A stretch of 44,371 nucleotides of DNA from an uncultured Gammaproteobacteria bacterium (lineage in GTDB: Bacteria; Patescibacteriota; Patescibacteriia; Patescibacteriales; UBA12465). The stretch spans positions 27,492 through 71,862 of the forward strand of contig CAZLGE010000001.1 of the NCBI GenBank assembly GCA_964559375.1. Direction: 5' to 3'. Numbering within the stretch: position 1 is the first letter of the stretch; each line of letters starts with the position of its first letter. The notes under the pieces were generated by a model. That model did not search any database. It worked only from the letters and a program-made list of their open reading frames with translations, and was not told where the DNA came from. Shown here in pieces: positions 8,764 through 15,975 of the stretch. The translations under genes and the position numbers were made by a program.

Positions 8764-8791
8764 ACTTCGCATAATGTATATTAATCCACCT
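8764..8791. other. dif-like Xer recombination site
   Basis: ACTTCGCATAA-TGTATA-TTAATCCACCT. The 16 contiguous nt CGCATAATGTATATTA are identical to E. coli dif (GGTGCGCATAATGTATATTATGTTAAAT, recalled from memory). Intergenic, 94 bp upstream of xer. Confidence 0.7.
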
Positions 8792-8798
8792 ATTATCT

Positions 8799-8830
8799 AA
8801 AGCAAAAGAAGGGCGGCAGAGCTTGCCCCC
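8799..8830 (-). terminator. intrinsic terminator after the ftsQ-like/small-ORF unit
   Basis: Minus strand: GGGGGCA-AGCUC-UGCC(G)CCC hairpin followed by UUCUUUUGCUUU. Confidence 0.55.
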
Positions 8831-8971
8831 TTAACTGATCAGTAAACCCATCAAATTGATCTCCGGCTGGAATAACAGGATTATCTTGATAATCAGCAAG
8901 AATAAACCGATTATTGTGATACAGAATACCAGGACGGCAAGAAAAAAAATAAATTTAAACGCTGTTTCCAT
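8831..8971 (-). CDS. possible 46-aa small membrane protein
   Basis: Below the track cutoff. ATG lies 5 nt after the ftsQ-like stop. METAFKFIFFLAVLVFCITIIGLFLLIIKIILLFQPEINLMGLLIS contains one strong TM helix, and a terminator follows. Confidence 0.35.
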   Translation of the reverse strand: METAFKFIFFLAVLVFCITIIGLFLLIIKIILLFQPEINLMGLLIS

Positions 8972-8976
8972 ATAGT

Positions 8977-9828
8977 TTATTTAAAATCTGGGTTGATAAA
9001 TATCCGATCGCCGAAGCGTAGGTCTACATACTCGGTCCTGCTAAAATTATCCTTTATTTTCTCTTTTTTGACAAGGACAAGGCGTTCTAGTTGCGTGGCC
9101 GCTCCATCATTGGTACTGAAATAAACAATCGGTCCGTCCTTAAATTTAGCCTTTAAAGTATTGAATTCCCAGTCGATGATGAATTTTTCCAGGCTCAATT
9201 CTTCATTGGCGATTATCAGCTCATTAAGGTCAAGAGCAAACCCCAAATAATCAGTATTGACATTAATCTTATTTTTGTGTCCTATCAGCGTTCCGGGATT
9301 TTTGTTTTCCAAGATAAAGTATTTTTGCTTGTCCTCATCACTCACTGCCTGGTCCTTAATGATATATCCGTCACCAGATGCGTAAAACAGGTCACTTCCC
9401 TCTTGCCAGATGAAGGCGTAAGGACGTTCATAACCAGTAACCTCAAGCGTCCGCGGCCACTTTTTTTGAATCGTACAGTCGGTCAAATTATAGGCAGCAA
9501 TCAAATCTTCAGCTGCTTTCTCTCCATCAAAAAGAAAAATGTTACTTTCCGAAAACAGGAGCCAACGCGACTCCTTAGTTTGGCGCCAGATAATATCTTC
9601 GACGGAATCAGCGGAAACTCTGGTCAGTCCGCCCAGCTGGACATTTTGTATTATCCAAAAAGGGGCCGACAGAAAAAACCAAACTAGCGCGCCGGCGACC
9701 AATATTCCGGCCGCAATCAAACAGCGTCGGAGGCGTCCGCCCTGCGGGCTAGTTTTTTTCCGGAAGAAAGGATTATGAAGATTCTTGGGCTGATAATCTT
9801 TTTTTATGTGCCTGTCGTATGGGGTCAT
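8977..9828 (-). CDS. ftsQ: FtsQ/DivIB-like cell division protein (TM anchor + POTRA)
   Basis: 283 aa. Basic N-terminus, one TM helix, then a POTRA-like segment (IQNVQLGGLTRVSADSVEDII). Strong SD (GGAGGG) upstream. Confidence 0.6.
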   Translation of the reverse strand: MTPYDRHIKKDYQPKNLHNPFFRKKTSPQGGRLRRCLIAAGILVAGALVWFFLSAPFWIIQNVQLGGLTRVSADSVEDIIWRQTKESRWLLFSESNIFLFDGEKAAEDLIAAYNLTDCTIQKKWPRTLEVTGYERPYAFIWQEGSDLFYASGDGYIIKDQAVSDEDKQKYFILENKNPGTLIGHKNKINVNTDYLGFALDLNELIIANEELSLEKFIIDWEFNTLKAKFKDGPIVYFSTNDGAATQLERLVLVKKEKIKDNFSRTEYVDLRFGDRIFINPDFK

Positions 9829-9939
9829 ATTACTTCCCTCCTGATATTAGCCTGAGGTCTGGCTAGCAATTCATAAACAATCTTCGGCTTGAATATCTGC
9901 TTAAAAATTTTTTTCATGTTTATTGTTAACGGCGATATA

Positions 9940-10992
9940 TTATTCGGCGATCACTTCACCCTGGTCGGCATTAAAGCGGTCCTCTTTAAGTTCGGTAGTC
10001 AGATCCAGCAGTCGTCCGGATACTTCTTGGCCGGTCAATTTGTCGGTGGCAAAATATCGGCCGGCTTCCACTAGTACTGGCGATACACCCACCTGGCTCT
10101 CAGCCGGGACAAGCTGTATCTCAAATCTCAGCCGGCTGGCGCCATCGGCCACCTGTAATTCGGGAATCTTCCAGATAAGTTGACGGGAATCGGGATTATA
10201 ATTAAGTTCCCCGGCCAGGAGAGACCTTTGACCGGTGAGCTCGACACCTCGAGGCAAGCGAGCGCTCAGGCTGAGATCAGAAAAATCGCCGTTTCCCTGC
10301 ACCGACCAGAAAACCCAGTAGTTGGTCGGGATACCGACGATTGGCGGAATCGGCCCGATTCCCAGTTGATCTCCTTGAGGGCTAGTGTAATAGACAACGG
10401 CACTCGCACTTAGTTCGGCTGCCAGATGTATATCCGCCAGATCTGTAGAAAACTTAAATTGCTGCCCGTTTAGTATATATTCAATTTGCGCCTGCCATTT
10501 TAAAGTCCGAGTGTCAGTATTTTTTTGTCTTATATAAGCTAAAAAAGACAGTTCTTCTTCAGAGTGCGGCGATATCCCCTGGAAAATTATACTGCTCCCC
10601 TTGACGGATGCACCTGGACTATCAACCTGCTCCTCAAGGCGGTCCAAACTATAGCCCTCAGTGGTCGGTTTCAGGCTAACAATCACATCATTAACCGTTA
10701 CGCTTCCGCCATTTTTCAAGCGCACCACTACGACGACCGGCTCCCCTGTTTTAGCGGTTGACTCGGACGGAGTGAAGGTAACTTCAAGGGGCGGGTTATT
10801 TAAATCGACCGGCGGACGGACAAAGCCCCCTAATCCAGGAAGGGCCGGCCGGAAAAAAAAGAGGAAGAATAAGCTGGCCGCCAAGATAATGGTTACCATG
10901 ATAAGCGACAGATCAAGCACCAGATGCCAATGATTCTTCAGATAGAAGCGTTCCCAGCGGCTTCGAAAATAACGATTAAAATGTCTAATCAT
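9940..10992 (-). CDS. hypothetical membrane-anchored protein with beta-rich extracytoplasmic domains
   Basis: 350 aa. N-terminal TM helix, then two beta-sandwich-like segments (VVVVVRLKNGGSVTVNDVIV..). No motif I can name. Confidence 0.6.
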   Translation of the reverse strand: MIRHFNRYFRSRWERFYLKNHWHLVLDLSLIMVTIILAASLFFLFFFRPALPGLGGFVRPPVDLNNPPLEVTFTPSESTAKTGEPVVVVVRLKNGGSVTVNDVIVSLKPTTEGYSLDRLEEQVDSPGASVKGSSIIFQGISPHSEEELSFLAYIRQKNTDTRTLKWQAQIEYILNGQQFKFSTDLADIHLAAELSASAVVYYTSPQGDQLGIGPIPPIVGIPTNYWVFWSVQGNGDFSDLSLSARLPRGVELTGQRSLLAGELNYNPDSRQLIWKIPELQVADGASRLRFEIQLVPAESQVGVSPVLVEAGRYFATDKLTGQEVSGRLLDLTTELKEDRFNADQGEVIAE

Positions 10993-11029
10993 ATTCTTAT
11001 TGTCGGGCTTCGCACGTCCCGATCATTAA

Positions 11030-13045
11030 TTAAAAGTTTTTGATGCCAACTAATATTTCCGCTCGTCCGTCACCGTCGAGATCACTGAGCGAAAGCTTAT
11101 AGCCGCCCCGGAAACTCGTGTCATAGGCGAACCAGCTACTGAGACGCTCTCCTTTTCCGGTGAAGATTAGAATGTGGGGGCCGCCTCCGGAGGCAGGGGC
11201 CGTGACGATTTCTGCTCGTCCGTCACCGTTGATATCAGCGGCCGCCACGCTTACACCGCCGCGGAACTTAATATCGTAACTTAAAAAACTGTTAATTAGC
11301 TCACCGTTTATCGTGAATATTTTAATGCGCGGCTCATCCCCCCGGCCCGGCCCCGTGATAACTTCAAGACTGCCATCTCCGTTAATGTCACCGAGAGCAA
11401 CGTCTACGCCGCCCCTTAGGTCTTTGTTATAGGCGAACCAACTGCCCTCAAGCTTGCCAACCGCAGAAAAGACGCGCACTTGCGGTCCACCGCCCGGGCC
11501 AGCCCCGACGACGACCTTTTTGAAGTATCCGTCGTCGATCTGCGTCGCTAGATTCAATTCACGGTTATAAGCTTTAGTGTAGGGCGGAAAAGAGGCGATA
11601 GCTTTACCGTCTCGATAAAGAGTGACCCAACCGCGGTTGGCGCTCAGGCTAACGGTTGTTTCACTGTCGCGACTGCCAGAAGCCAATACAACGGCTGCCC
11701 CACCGGGATAGGCGCCAGTATAAGCGAAGAATCCGTTACGAACCTGACTTCCCTCGTGATTGAATACGCGATAAAAATAGCCATTATTAAAACTACTGTT
11801 TGTTATCTCCGTATTGGTCTTGAGGAGAACGAGTCCGTCTTGCGGTTCAAGTGTAAAATAATTGATCTTTAAACCGTTGTTTGTCCGAGGATCCTGGCTG
11901 CCAATAATTTTTTCCAATTCCTCCTTCTCGAGGAAGTAACTTTGTTTAAGCGCGGTTGAGTTGACTATCGCGACGCCATTTTTAAAATCTCTCCGCCACA
12001 AGCCCGGTTTAAGTTCCTGACTACCACCCGCCAACAAATTATAGGCCGCCGTTTGAGCCGGTCCCAGATTTACTTCGTATTCATCATACCACCAGGTTTG
12101 GCCGTGGCTCGTTACGTCATAATCATAGCTGAAATATCCTTGACCCATAAGCGTGCTTGTGAGGCCGAAGCGCACGCGGCGGTAATTAGTCTGGTTCTTG
12201 TCATAAATATTGATGATCGGAAGCGACGGAACCAGGTTAAGGCTCGGCAGCTTCAGATAGGTCTGCATCGAACCGGTCCAGGTGCCACCGTTTTCCCAGG
12301 GCGAAGGAAAACTTTCCAGCATCATGCCATTTAGGAGTCCTTGATATCCGTCATAGACACGTCCGTTACCGATGATAATAAATTCTGATCCCGCCAGCAT
12401 CCGCGTCTTGGCTAGCATCTTCTTAAAGCCTTCTGCCCAGAGGCGATCGGCATCGGCGCGGTTTTCCGCCAAACCATCATTATTCATATCCAGCGTCGCG
12501 GAGTTCACCCAAGAGACATCGCCCCAAGTGTTATCATAGAAGACGCCATCCCATAATCCAGTAGCCTGTATTTCTTCGACGACGAATTCCGGGAGATAAT
12601 CATTGAACCTTTGTCCGCTCTCGTCGGTTTGGGCGCCATCAGTCAAATTGAACATTGAAGTGTATGGCCAGTTCGAAACCTTTTTTCCGGCGGCATCCCT
12701 GAGCCACCAGCCGTCTTTAAGACCAGTTGCCAGTCTGCGGCGCAGGGGCGCATCATCGTAATACTCCAAATTATCAAGAATTTCCTGTGATGTTATATAA
12801 GCCAAGATAATGATACCGGGATTGAGAGTGCGAATCTTGATGAGTTCGCTCCGGCTATTTTCTTGGACCTCCATATCTAAGATGAGAAGATCCCATTTAG
12901 CTAGTTCGGCTGCCTCACTATCGGTTATTTCCCAGCGTAAATAGTAGTTAGCCAAGCGGGGGTAGACGTTCTTAACCGTGGCCGCGTGGACGGCAAATGG
13001 CGCGAGTAATGTAATAGCCAGACTGCCTAAGAATATCTTTTTCAT
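11030..13045 (-). CDS. secreted protein: TIM-barrel glycoside-hydrolase-like N-terminal region plus C-terminal FG-GAP repeats
   Basis: 671 aa with a signal peptide (AVHA/A). The N-terminal YPRLANYYLRW...WDLLILDME region resembles the hypothetical GH-like (GHL15-type) families. The C-terminus has three DxNGDG-type FG-GAP units. Confidence 0.65.
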   Translation of the reverse strand: MKKIFLGSLAITLLAPFAVHAATVKNVYPRLANYYLRWEITDSEAAELAKWDLLILDMEVQENSRSELIKIRTLNPGIIILAYITSQEILDNLEYYDDAPLRRRLATGLKDGWWLRDAAGKKVSNWPYTSMFNLTDGAQTDESGQRFNDYLPEFVVEEIQATGLWDGVFYDNTWGDVSWVNSATLDMNNDGLAENRADADRLWAEGFKKMLAKTRMLAGSEFIIIGNGRVYDGYQGLLNGMMLESFPSPWENGGTWTGSMQTYLKLPSLNLVPSLPIINIYDKNQTNYRRVRFGLTSTLMGQGYFSYDYDVTSHGQTWWYDEYEVNLGPAQTAAYNLLAGGSQELKPGLWRRDFKNGVAIVNSTALKQSYFLEKEELEKIIGSQDPRTNNGLKINYFTLEPQDGLVLLKTNTEITNSSFNNGYFYRVFNHEGSQVRNGFFAYTGAYPGGAAVVLASGSRDSETTVSLSANRGWVTLYRDGKAIASFPPYTKAYNRELNLATQIDDGYFKKVVVGAGPGGGPQVRVFSAVGKLEGSWFAYNKDLRGGVDVALGDINGDGSLEVITGPGRGDEPRIKIFTINGELINSFLSYDIKFRGGVSVAAADINGDGRAEIVTAPASGGGPHILIFTGKGERLSSWFAYDTSFRGGYKLSLSDLDGDGRAEILVGIKNF
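11033..11497 (-). repeat. three tandem FG-GAP coding repeats (~51 aa each)
   Basis: GDINGDGSLEVITGPG / ADINGDGRAEIVTAP / SDLDGDGRAEILVG. About 20-nt near-identical DNA strings (CGCTCGTCCGTCACCGT, CTGCTCGTCCGTCACCGT) recur about 150 nt apart. Confidence 0.75.
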
Positions 13046-13054
13046 GCTTATTAT

Positions 13055-14323
13055 TTATTTCTTCTTACCGGAAACGGGCTTGAGTATCCTTAAATCCGCG
13101 GGCAGATATTTATGCAGTGCCCTAGGAATGATCACCGAACCGTCCGGTTGCTGGTTCTGTTCAAGGATTGCCGGGAAAAGCCGACTAGTCGCCAGACCAG
13201 AGGCATTAAGTGTATGCACAAATCCGTTCTGTCCGGTCGCCGGATTCTTGAAGCGGACTTGTCCGCGACGGGCCTGGTAATCGCCGGCGTTAGAGATACT
13301 GCTTACCTCCTTATAGATATCCATACTGGGTAGAAAGATTTCCAAATCATAGGTCTTAGTCATCGCGGCGCTGCAGTCACCAGCCGCCAGCTTAGAGATC
13401 TGAAAGTGCAGTCCCAGACCTTCAACTAGCTGTTTGGCATTGTCCACGAGTTCATCAAACATCTGGCCGGAATCTTCCGGGTGACAGAAGATAAACATCT
13501 CTATCTTGTTAAATTGATGGCCGCGGACCATTCCCCGCTCTTCTTGGCGATAACTGCCGGCTTCGCGCCGAAAGCAGCTCGAATAGGCGAAATATTTAAG
13601 AGGCAGATCACCGCCGGCTAGTATTTCATCACGATGATAATTACCGAGCATCATTTCGCTGGTCGCATTAAGGCAAAGCTTATCCTGTGTCCAATATAGA
13701 TCGTCGCGAAACTTAGGCAAATGCCCAGAGGTATAAGCGGAATCCTCGCTGAGCAAGAAAGGAGGAATAAGAAAGCGGTAGCCGTTTTGGGTATGGAAAT
13801 CTACAAAATACGAGAGGAGCGCCCATTCCAGGAGCGCGCCTGCGCCGGTATAGCACCAGAAGCCGCTGCCGGACATCTTAACCGCTCTTTCATAGTCGAT
13901 CAGCTTTAGGCTGGTTGCCAGCTCGACGTGGTCCCGAAATTTAAAAGAAAATTCCGGCTTCCGGCCGAAAGTGTAGATAGCTTCATTGTTTTCTTTGCCG
14001 CCGGAAACGACATCGGAAGCAGGCAGGTTGGGGAGTTCCGCCACAAGTAGCTGTAACTCTTCTTCCTTAGCCGATAATTCTTTTTCTAGTGCCCGGATAT
14101 GATCCCCTTCTTCCTTAAGCCGGGCAATGACTTCCGGAGTGGGCTTGGTCTTGGAATTCTTGTTCCGTTGGGCCTTTTTTTCCTCCATGGTCGCAATCAG
14201 CCGTCGTCTGTCGTCGTCAAGGGTGATAATCTTTTCCAGATCAAGATCAGCTGGGTCCATGCGCTTTAAAAGCGCGCTCCGGACTAGCTCCGTCTCTTCT
14301 CTGATTAATTTAAGGTCTAGCAT
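13055..14323 (-). CDS. serS: seryl-tRNA synthetase
   Basis: 422 aa. N-terminal coiled-coil arm. Class II motifs FRREAGSYRQEERGMVRGHQFNKIEMF and GLATSRL. Confidence 0.93.
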   Translation of the reverse strand: MLDLKLIREETELVRSALLKRMDPADLDLEKIITLDDDRRRLIATMEEKKAQRNKNSKTKPTPEVIARLKEEGDHIRALEKELSAKEEELQLLVAELPNLPASDVVSGGKENNEAIYTFGRKPEFSFKFRDHVELATSLKLIDYERAVKMSGSGFWCYTGAGALLEWALLSYFVDFHTQNGYRFLIPPFLLSEDSAYTSGHLPKFRDDLYWTQDKLCLNATSEMMLGNYHRDEILAGGDLPLKYFAYSSCFRREAGSYRQEERGMVRGHQFNKIEMFIFCHPEDSGQMFDELVDNAKQLVEGLGLHFQISKLAAGDCSAAMTKTYDLEIFLPSMDIYKEVSSISNAGDYQARRGQVRFKNPATGQNGFVHTLNASGLATSRLFPAILEQNQQPDGSVIIPRALHKYLPADLRILKPVSGKKK

Positions 14324-14329
14324 ATATTT

Positions 14330-15946
14330 CTAATTTACGATTTCACCGCCAAAATTTTTGAGTAGGTCTGACATCAATCCGGTATTACTCTGTCCGGTTG
14401 CCTGAGAGTCGCTGGCTCCTGACGCTACCTCGGCCACCTCCTTTTCAACGTTCTTGACCGGCAGAGTCTCGTCGAGCGCGGAAGTGAAGCTGAGTCCAGC
14501 GCCGTACACCTCACCGAGCACCTTGTCGACAATAACTTTGATACTACTATCATTGATACGGTCCTGGTGGAACTTATATTTAAAAACAAGAAGTAGGCGG
14601 CCATTTTGCAAACCGCGGGGTTCACAATTTTGCAGAACGAAAGATAAAGAATGGTTATATTTCTTTATCTTTACTAGAAGTTCGGGCCAGCGGGCCAGGA
14701 TCTCCGCAACAGTCAGCTTGAGAACAGGCGCTGACGGCGGGTTCTGGGCGGTTTTTATGTCTGTTTGTGTAGAAGCAGGTTTCAGGGGGCCTTTAGCCGG
14801 TCTCTGCGGATAATCCGCATTATCCCGGATAAACTGAGCCGCGGGCTTGTCGGCGCTAAAACAAAGTTCGCCGATTGCTATTTCCAGGGGTAACTGCGGA
14901 ATAAGCGGGCTCTTATTATCAGCCGCGACTTCTAAAAAACGACGGGTTAGACCGATTGTTTGCTCCAAGCCCAAACTTCCCGCTACCGGTGTGAGACGTT
15001 TTTCTAATTCTTCGCCCCAGTCCAGACCCAGGCTATTTTCGAGTTCTGGGCTCAGCTTGCTCAGCATAATTTTACGAAGAAGGCTAACCACCTCGGCCAC
15101 GAAAAGCTTGATATTCACGCCACTGTCGGCCAGGTTGTTAACTAGAGCCACCGCTTTTGCTGCATCTTTGCGGCTCAGATGATCGAGAAGATTAACCGCC
15201 TCCTGGCTGCTGTAATGCGGCATGACCAGTTCGGCCTGCTCGGCTGTGACTTCTTTATCTCCGAGCGAAAAGATTTGCCCCAGTAGGCTTTCCGCATCAC
15301 GCAGATGGCCTCCCGAGCGGCGGGCCACCGCCTCCAGTATCCCATCCGCGACGGAAACCTTTTCCTGCTTGGCGATGTAACTGAGCTTCCTCACTATATC
15401 CGCGACGCTTACCCGCCGGAAATCGAAGCGCTCGCAGCGGGAAACGATCGTGGCCGGCACTTTTTGTATTTCAGTGGTACAGAGGACAAAAATCACGTAG
15501 GCGGGCGGCTCTTCGATAATCTTAAGCAGGGCGTTAAAAGCGGAAATGGAAAGCATGTGGACTTCGTCGATGATAAAGACCTTATACTTGGCGCTAGTCG
15601 GCGCTAACCGGGAAAAAGCGATGATGTTATCGCGGACATTATCCACGCCGGTATTGGACGCGGCATCGATCTCGATTACTTCCAGATTGCGGCCGGCGAC
15701 TATACTTTGGCAACTCGGGCAGCTATCGCAAGGTTCGAAATCTGTCGCCGCCCGTTTTTCGCAATTAACAGCCTTCGCCAGGACCCGCGCCATAGTTGTC
15801 TTGCCGACGGCCCGTGGGCCACAAAACAGATAAGCACCGGCCGGCCGGCCGGCCACCACCTCGTTTTGCAAAGTTATCTTGATGTGATTCTGGCCGAGAA
15901 CTTCGGAAAATTTCTGCGGACGATACTCACGATACAGAGTTGACAT
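14330..15946 (-). CDS. dnaX: DNA polymerase III subunit gamma/tau
   Basis: 538 aa. Walker A GPRAVGKTT, a Cys4 zinc module (C..C.SCPSC), DEVHMLS, and the SRC motif (VSRCERF). Confidence 0.93.
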   Translation of the reverse strand: MSTLYREYRPQKFSEVLGQNHIKITLQNEVVAGRPAGAYLFCGPRAVGKTTMARVLAKAVNCEKRAATDFEPCDSCPSCQSIVAGRNLEVIEIDAASNTGVDNVRDNIIAFSRLAPTSAKYKVFIIDEVHMLSISAFNALLKIIEEPPAYVIFVLCTTEIQKVPATIVSRCERFDFRRVSVADIVRKLSYIAKQEKVSVADGILEAVARRSGGHLRDAESLLGQIFSLGDKEVTAEQAELVMPHYSSQEAVNLLDHLSRKDAAKAVALVNNLADSGVNIKLFVAEVVSLLRKIMLSKLSPELENSLGLDWGEELEKRLTPVAGSLGLEQTIGLTRRFLEVAADNKSPLIPQLPLEIAIGELCFSADKPAAQFIRDNADYPQRPAKGPLKPASTQTDIKTAQNPPSAPVLKLTVAEILARWPELLVKIKKYNHSLSFVLQNCEPRGLQNGRLLLVFKYKFHQDRINDSSIKVIVDKVLGEVYGAGLSFTSALDETLPVKNVEKEVAEVASGASDSQATGQSNTGLMSDLLKNFGGEIVN

Positions 15947-15975
15947 AGGAATAAATTCTTAGTATTTAACAGGGG

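Noticed and set aside
8781-8791. TAATCCACC in the dif right arm resembles a DnaA box (TTATCCACA, 7/9), raising the possibility of an origin.
   Set aside because: It is a single imperfect box with no cluster, no AT-rich unwinding element and no dnaA/dnaN nearby. Gene orientation converges here rather than diverges.
9825-9917. 30-codon basic ORF (MKKIFKQIFKPKIVYELLARPQANIRREVI) whose stop overlaps the ftsQ-like ATG (ATGA).
   Set aside because: It has no SD and is very short. It lies in an A/T-rich spacer where such ORFs arise by chance. It could be checked by conservation, but is not supportable now.
11033-11497. Recurring about 20-nt near-identical strings spaced about 150 nt apart, considered as a CRISPR-like or non-coding tandem repeat.
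   Set aside because: They lie in frame within one ORF and encode the conserved cores of FG-GAP repeats. The intervening segments are also homologous.
15732-15742. GGTTCGAAATC, a tRNA T-loop-like string.
   Set aside because: It sits inside dnaX. The flanking bases do not form a T-stem or an acceptor stem.
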